Below, in pieces: positions 59,002 to 64,000 of a stretch of DNA of 64,000 nt (position 1 is the stretch's first letter; each line of letters begins with the position of its first letter). A model generated the notes under the pieces. That model did no database searches and had not been told where the DNA came from. It saw only the letters and a program-made list of their open reading frames with translations. Made by a program: the position numbers and the translations under genes. The DNA is from Pseudomonadota bacterium (GTDB lineage: Bacteria; Desulfobacterota; Anaeroferrophillalia; Anaeroferrophillales; Tharpellaceae). Location of the stretch: positions 6,849-70,848 of the forward strand of contig DSCM01000133.1 of assembly GCA_011049115.1 (NCBI GenBank), in the 5' to 3' direction.

Positions 59002-59806
59002 ATGCTTCTTTCTCTGAATTCATAGAAGGATCAAACAGCTCATCCGCGGAACTGTACGCAGCCCCCATCACTCTCAGGATAAAGGCCCGTACAAAGGGGT
59101 CACGACTGCGCTGCAAGTCTTCCGGTGACAGACAGGCCAGGACTTTCCCCTCATGGAGAATGGCGATTCTGTCCGCCAGATTAAAAATTTTGGGAATATC
59201 GTGACTGACAATGACACAGGTGTAACCCAGTTGCTTTTGGGTTTCAAAAAACAAACGATAAACATCGTGACTTTTGACCGGATCCAGACCGGTGGTCGGC
59301 TCGTCAAAAAGCAGGATATCGGGTTCCAGTTGCAGGGCCCGGGCCAGTCCGACCCGTTTTTTCATCCCACCGCTCAACTGCGATGGGTACTTGTCGGCAC
59401 TGCCTTCCAGATCCATCTGGGCCAGGGCGGTGGCCACCCTCTCCTGAACGATTTTCTCCGGCAGCCGACTGCGTTCCCGCAGAGGCAGCGCGACATTATC
59501 AAAAACCGTCATCGAATCAAACAGGGCCACCCCTTGAAAAAGCACTCCGAAACGGGTGCGCATTCGACTCAGGGCCGCGCCGCGCAAAGCACAGATATCG
59601 GTGCCGTCGATCAGCACCTGCCCCCGGTCGGGATGGATCAGGCCGAGAATATGTTTAAGCAGAACACTCTTGCCCTGACCGCTCTCACCACAGATCACGG
59701 TGGTCGCGCCGCGCTCAATCTCGAGATTCACTCCACGCAGAACCGGCTGCGTCCCGAAACTTTTATGAATATCAATCAGCCTGATACAGGCATTGCCGCT
59801 TGCCAT
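58988..59806 (-). CDS. mlaF: ABC transporter ATP-binding protein MlaF
   Basis: Walker A GESGQGKS, ABC signature LSGGMKKRVGLARAL, Walker B ILLFDEPTTGLD; start trimmed to MASGNA just downstream of mlaE stop. Confidence 0.85.
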   Translation of the reverse strand: MASGNACIRLIDIHKSFGTQPVLRGVNLEIERGATTVICGESGQGKSVLLKHILGLIHPDRGQVLIDGTDICALRGAALSRMRTRFGVLFQGVALFDSMTVFDNVALPLRERSRLPEKIVQERVATALAQMDLEGSADKYPSQLSGGMKKRVGLARALQLEPDILLFDEPTTGLDPVKSHDVYRLFFETQKQLGYTCVIVSHDIPKIFNLADRIAILHEGKVLACLSPEDLQRSRDPFVRAFILRVMGAAYSSADELFDPSMNSEKEAYEKI

Positions 59807-59811
59807 GAGCT

Positions 59812-60597
59812 CTACATCATCAAAGAGGTGATCACATAATCGGCCACCAGAACAGCCACGGAAGAAACCACTACCGCCGAAGTTGTGGCCCGACTCACCC
59901 CCTCGGCGCCAAAGCCCCAAGCCCGGCGGGTAACCCAGAATCCATGCTCGGCACAGATCCAGACCAGAAGAAAAGCGAAACATAGCGATTTGACAAAACA
60001 CATTTTCAGATCAAGTGCGGTCACGCTGCCCTGCATGCTGGCCATGTAAGCCCCGCCATTGCCGTGCAGCAGGACCACCCCAACCATATAACCACCGAAA
60101 ACCCCAACCACATTGAAAATCGCGGTCAAAAGCGGCACCGAAAGCAGACCGGCGAACAACTTGGGGGCCACCAGAAAACGGTACGGATTGATAGCCATAC
60201 AATCCAGCGCGTCAATCTGCTCCGAAATCCGCATAATTCCCAGCTCAGCACACATCGCCGAACCGGTTCGGCCGATCACCATCAAAGCTGTCAGCACCGG
60301 ACCCAGCTCCCGAATCAAACTTAGAGCCACCGCCGCCCCCAAGGCGCTGGCCGAACCGTATTTACTCAAGGTATAATGCCCCTGCAGGCCGAGAACCATG
60401 CCGACAAAAGCTCCGGTAAAAAAGATCACCAGAAACGAGCCTGAACCGATCACCTTGATCTGGTACAACAGCGGCCTGATTTTATACGGCGGCTGAAAGC
60501 CGCCGGCCAGGGTCATGAGCAGAAAAAGGGCTGAGCGCCCCATACTTTCCAGACTCCCCAACCCCCAACGGCCAAATCTCTGCAAACTGTCAAACAA
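59812..60597 (-). CDS. mlaE: ABC transporter permease MlaE
   Basis: 261 aa; MlaE-family permease (GIMRISEQIDALDCMAINPYRFLVAPKL). Confidence 0.85.
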   Translation of the reverse strand: MFDSLQRFGRWGLGSLESMGRSALFLLMTLAGGFQPPYKIRPLLYQIKVIGSGSFLVIFFTGAFVGMVLGLQGHYTLSKYGSASALGAAVALSLIRELGPVLTALMVIGRTGSAMCAELGIMRISEQIDALDCMAINPYRFLVAPKLFAGLLSVPLLTAIFNVVGVFGGYMVGVVLLHGNGGAYMASMQGSVTALDLKMCFVKSLCFAFLLVWICAEHGFWVTRRAWGFGAEGVSRATTSAVVVSSVAVLVADYVITSLMM

Positions 60598-60861
60598 AAA
60601 TCAGCTCCCTTACGCCCTTCACCGGAATCGATAACCTTTCACGCCAAACAAATCCGCCTTATTTTCAAGTCCTGGCCCGCGGTAAACCACAAGACAACAA
60701 ATAGCTCTAAGATGACCGCCTGGCGCGAAAAAGGACTGATTTTAGTGCCCTCACACCGCCATCTCGACAACTCCGGCAGGCCGAAAATAAAACAACCCCT
60801 GCTGTTTTTTGAAGATCCGCCCCCTAGGGATATACTAATTTCTCTATATAGTCAATCAATT

Positions 60862-61821
60862 TTAAGCCCGATCTTCGTCCGCAAAGACGTCAGGATGCAG
60901 CCGCTGAAGCAGACTGCGGGAACGGCTCAACAATTCTGTCAGAGGGGCATCGGGCGTCAACGATAAAGTTGCCGCGGATTTCGGCTCAGGCAGTTCCAGG
61001 AGTTGCCGGCCATTGCGCGTCGCTATTTGAAAAATTTCCGCAGCCGGAATTCCGGCTGCGGAAAAAAGCTCCATCTCCCGTAAAAAGGCACTGCCGTGAG
61101 GCACGTTATAAGAACCGGAATCGGTGCCGATAGTCAAGCTGACCCCTTCTGCAAAGGCCAGTCCGATCATCTCCAGATGTCTTTTGTAGTTACGCTCGAT
61201 GATCCCAAGCTGAGTTTGCGAAAAACGTCGGTCCGGGTCTTTCAGCTGATTGGCCATGGCCGCCACCGTCGGAGCCCAGAAGACACCTTTTTCGGCCATG
61301 ATTTTCAAGGTCTCCGGAGCAATGAAATAGGCGTGTTCCAGACTATGCACACCGGCCGCCACCGCTTCACGACAGGCGTTGGCGGAATTGACATGAACCA
61401 TGACTTTTTTACCGACCGCCGCCGCCAGCCGGACGATTTCGCAAAGTTCGTCGAAACTCCACTGCTGCGGCCCGACTCGGCCATATTCATCAAAGGAAAC
61501 CATTCCGGTCAGGATCACCTTTACAAAAGCGGATGGCGTCCGGGCGATCTTTTCCGCCAAGGTGAAATCACGATTTTCTCCGAGAAAGGCACCGTACATA
61601 CCTTTTTTGAACAACGCCGGTCCGGTCCTGATTACCCGCAGAGCCTCGGGCAGGGATGCGCTTTCAAGCAGACCGTCCCTGTCCCCGGCATCGCGGACCA
61701 CGGCGATGCCGGCCGCCAGCTGGCGCCGGGCGTTATCCTCGGGGCTACCGCCCAGGCTCAAATGAACATGAGTATCCACCGGCAGCGGCAAGACCATTTT
61801 TTCATTTTGTTTTTTATTCAT
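60862..61821 (-). CDS. Amidohydrolase-family metal-dependent hydrolase
   Basis: VDTHVHL metal-binding His pair near N-terminus, later HVNS...SLEHAY and TDSG segments typical of amidohydrolase TIM-barrel; start trimmed to MNKKQN. Confidence 0.6.
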   Translation of the reverse strand: MNKKQNEKMVLPLPVDTHVHLSLGGSPEDNARRQLAAGIAVVRDAGDRDGLLESASLPEALRVIRTGPALFKKGMYGAFLGENRDFTLAEKIARTPSAFVKVILTGMVSFDEYGRVGPQQWSFDELCEIVRLAAAVGKKVMVHVNSANACREAVAAGVHSLEHAYFIAPETLKIMAEKGVFWAPTVAAMANQLKDPDRRFSQTQLGIIERNYKRHLEMIGLAFAEGVSLTIGTDSGSYNVPHGSAFLREMELFSAAGIPAAEIFQIATRNGRQLLELPEPKSAATLSLTPDAPLTELLSRSRSLLQRLHPDVFADEDRA

Positions 61822-61979
61822 AAGATACCACTCCGAGCCGGGTCGGGTCGGACCCGGCGGGCCGTTAAGTATGATTTTACACTTGAGCCGCGCCGGCAAC
61901 TGTGCTAACAGAGAACATTATATTCCGGACGCGGACCCGCGACAACTCTGTAACCATAAAAATCAGAAGGAACAAGACC

Positions 61980-62786
61980 ATGAGCTACGAATTTATGAAT
62001 CTGAAAACCAACAACGGTGTCGGCATTATCAGTCTGAACCGGCCGCCGGCAAACTCCCTGAATGTCGCTATCGTGGCGGAACTGGAGCGGGCCTTTGATG
62101 AAATGGCCGCGGCCGAAGCCGTCAAGGTTGTGGTTATCGTCAGTGAAATCCCCGGCTTCTTCGTCGCCGGCGCGGACATTAAAATGTTTAACAACATGAA
62201 CGCTTACGAAGCCTGGGAGATCTCCGGCGACCTCCAGAGAGTCAACCAGAAGCTGGAAGACATGCCGAAGCTGACCATTGCCGCGATCGGCGGTTACGCC
62301 CTCGGCGGCGGACTGGAGCTTGCTCTGGCCTGCGATTTCCGTTTCATGGCTGAAAGCGTTATCATCAAGGACAAGGAAAAGATTCCGACCGTCGGCCTGC
62401 CGGAAACCACCCTCGGCATTCTTCCCGGAGCCGGCGGCACCCAGCGCCTGGCCCGTCTCATCGGCGCCAAACGGGCTCTGTATTATATCGCCACCGCCAA
62501 GAATATCGGTCCCAAGGAAGCCCTCGAGTTGGGGATCGTCCAGGAACTAATGCCCGGAAACGAACTCAATGAAAAAACCATCGCCTTCGCCGAAAGCATG
62601 GCGACCAAGGCGGTCATCGGCATCGCCCAGGCCAAAAAGGCTATTTATCAGGGCTACAACCAGGAAAACGCCGTGGCCATGCAGATTGAGCAGGATGCCT
62701 TCATGAAGGCTTTCGCCAGCGAAGACGCGAGCGAAGGCCTGAAAGCTTTTGTCGAAAAGAGAGCGGCCGTTTTTCAGGGTAAATAA
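61980..62786 (+). CDS. Enoyl-CoA hydratase/isomerase (crotonase family)
   Basis: GFFVAGADIKMF and ALGGGLELALACDFR oxyanion-hole motifs; start at ATG 61980 (MSYEF) with upstream AGGAAC. Confidence 0.8.
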   Translation: MSYEFMNLKTNNGVGIISLNRPPANSLNVAIVAELERAFDEMAAAEAVKVVVIVSEIPGFFVAGADIKMFNNMNAYEAWEISGDLQRVNQKLEDMPKLTIAAIGGYALGGGLELALACDFRFMAESVIIKDKEKIPTVGLPETTLGILPGAGGTQRLARLIGAKRALYYIATAKNIGPKEALELGIVQELMPGNELNEKTIAFAESMATKAVIGIAQAKKAIYQGYNQENAVAMQIEQDAFMKAFASEDASEGLKAFVEKRAAVFQGK

Positions 62787-62870
62787 ATCTTCCCCTGCAA
62801 ACTCGCACCGTAAATAAAAAATCCCGGACTCGAGCGCTGAAACCGGCCCCACGAGGACCCGGGACTTTTT

Positions 62871-63620
62871 TTATTTACGGTTGATCAGGCCGGCCAGGTA
62901 GGCGGCGCCGAAACCGTTATCGATGTTGACCACCCCCACCCCGCCGGCACAGGAATTCAGCATGCCCAACAGGGCTGCCACTCCGCCAAAGGCCGCGCCG
63001 TAACCGACACTAGTCGGCACCGCGATCACCGGTCTTTCGACCAGTCCCGCCACCACACTGGGCAGCGCGCCCTCCATTCCGGCGATAACGATCAGAACCT
63101 CGGCCGCCATGAGTTTTTCCCGATAAGCCAACAACCGGTGAATCCCGGCAACCCCGACATCCACCAGCAGCTCACTTTTCTGGCCCAGCAGGCGCAGGGT
63201 GATTTCGGCCTCATAAGCCACCCGCAGATCCGAGGTTCCGGCGGTGACGATCATGACCGTTCCCCGCCCCCGATCGCAATCATGCCGCGCCAGCTTGAAC
63301 AGATAGCGGCCCCCGGCATGATACTCAAACTGGGGAAAACGCCGCCGCAAAACCGCGGCCTTTTCCAGATCCAGACGAGTCACCAGAATATTCTGCTCAT
63401 GTTCCAGAAGACCATCCAGAATGATCTCCAGATCGACGACCTCCTTGCCCAGGGCAAAGACCACCTCCCCCATCAGGGCGCGCAGACCGCGATGGGTATC
63501 GAGATGGGCGATGCCAAGATCACGAAAGGGCAGATGGCCGAGCATTTCAACCACCTCATCCACCTGAACACAGCCCTTTTGCAGCGAGATCAGAATTTCC
63601 TTTAACTGTGCCCGATCCAT
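62871..63620 (-). CDS. larB: PurE-like nickel-pincer cofactor biosynthesis protein LarB (pyridinium-3,5-biscarboxylic acid mononucleotide synthase)
   Basis: 249 aa; C-terminal AIR-carboxylase (PurE)-like fold (VMIVTAGTSDLRVAYEA...VLIVIAGMEGALPSVVAGL...PVIAVPTSVGYG). Confidence 0.6.
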   Translation of the reverse strand: MDRAQLKEILISLQKGCVQVDEVVEMLGHLPFRDLGIAHLDTHRGLRALMGEVVFALGKEVVDLEIILDGLLEHEQNILVTRLDLEKAAVLRRRFPQFEYHAGGRYLFKLARHDCDRGRGTVMIVTAGTSDLRVAYEAEITLRLLGQKSELLVDVGVAGIHRLLAYREKLMAAEVLIVIAGMEGALPSVVAGLVERPVIAVPTSVGYGAAFGGVAALLGMLNSCAGGVGVVNIDNGFGAAYLAGLINRK

Positions 63621-63670
63621 TTCACACCCAACTCAAATTACTACCGTAACCCTTTGTTTAAGACAAGTAA

Positions 63671-64000
63671 TCAAGGCAAAGGCCAGCCCCGCTCAACGAC
63701 CAGACAAGCCCGGGCCGCTTGGTTCCAGGCCTGCAGTCCGGCGTTGCGGGCCGCCTCGCGAATCATGGTCTTGCTCCAAGCACAGAGTCGCAACGGACTG
63801 ATGATCTCAAGTTCGTTCAGAGCTTGCATTCCGGGGCGACGTTTTGGCACATCGTCGGCATGAGTGCCGTCACAAAGGCTGATTCCCGGCCCGGCCAATC
63901 CTCGCAAGCGACTGAAAAGATGATGCTTACAACGATAACAGCGCCGCTCCGGGTTTCCGGCCCAGACCCGGGACATTTCAGCGACCGAGAAATCAATGAT
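63671..64000 (-). CDS. larE: PP-loop ATP-pyrophosphatase-family protein, probable LarE (C-terminal part; gene continues beyond window end)
   Basis: C-terminal segment with CYRCKHHLFSRL cysteine motif; reading frame stays open upstream of the ORF-track Met to position 64000; assignment supported mainly by adjacency to larB. Confidence 0.4.
   Translation of the reverse strand: MIDFSVAEMSRVWAGNPERRCYRCKHHLFSRLRGLAGPGISLCDGTHADDVPKRRPGMQALNELEIISPLRLCAWSKTMIREAARNAGLQAWNQAARACLVVERGWPLP

Noticed and set aside
59153-59839. 228-aa plus-strand ORF (also 61096..61908, 50446..51252, 24470..25051)
   Set aside because: Antisense to the mlaF, amidohydrolase, AsmA-like and hbd genes respectively; no recognisable motifs.
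1-64000. CRISPR arrays, IS elements, prophage genes
   Set aside because: No regularly spaced repeats, transposase or phage structural ORFs were found by inspection. The only tandem repeat is the 2x17-nt unit at 52514-52547.

Overview
High-GC (about 58%) chromosomal segment, most likely from a deltaproteobacterium related to Geobacter, Pelobacter or Desulfuromonas. It is densely coded, mostly on the minus strand. Gene content in order: the N-terminal portion of a DHH–DHHA1–CBS–poly(A) polymerase/CCA-type nucleotidyltransferase multidomain protein (gene runs past the window start); xerD overlapping hfq; a MoxR/CoxD-type AAA+ ATPase plus VWA/CoxE-type partner; two SpoU-class RNA methyltransferases (TrmJ-like, RlmB); a frameshifted phosphomannomutase next to GDP-L-fucose synthase; tRNA-Phe(GAA); an orphan flagellar-rod-like small protein. 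The most unusual feature is a roughly 9.5 kb operon (11333-20825, minus strand) for an energy-converting-hydrogenase-related (Ehr-like, complex I / group 4 hydrogenase-like) membrane complex. Its large subunit shows no CxxC [NiFe]-ligand motifs. Its small subunit is fused to a 2[4Fe-4S] ferredoxin. One of two HyfB/NuoL-like antiporter paralogs is broken by two frameshifts. A helix-turn-helix–PTS-EIIA(Ntr)-like regulator and a Cys/His-rich unknown protein lie immediately upstream on the same strand. Downstream: ssb; a 3-hydroxyacyl-CoA dehydrogenase; a low-GC atypical PfkB-domain gene; rpmB; an EF-G paralog–SPOR-domain protein–RelA/SpoT operon; a Che-like chemosensory cluster (STAS, CheA-REC hybrid, CheW, CheB, CheR, divergent HEAT-repeat-REC protein) with no MCP or stand-alone CheY in view; ccdA, aroB, purC, purB, usp, acnB; two giant AsmA/TamB-like proteins; a malate-dehydrogenase homolog with substitutions at both catalytic dyad positions (His to Gln, Asp to Glu); a complete MlaFEDAC phospholipid-transport operon; an amidohydrolase; an enoyl-CoA hydratase; and larB plus partial larE. 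No CRISPR array, transposase or integrase was seen. All three frameshifts are 1-nt indels; two of them sit at C/G homopolymer runs, so assembly errors cannot be excluded.
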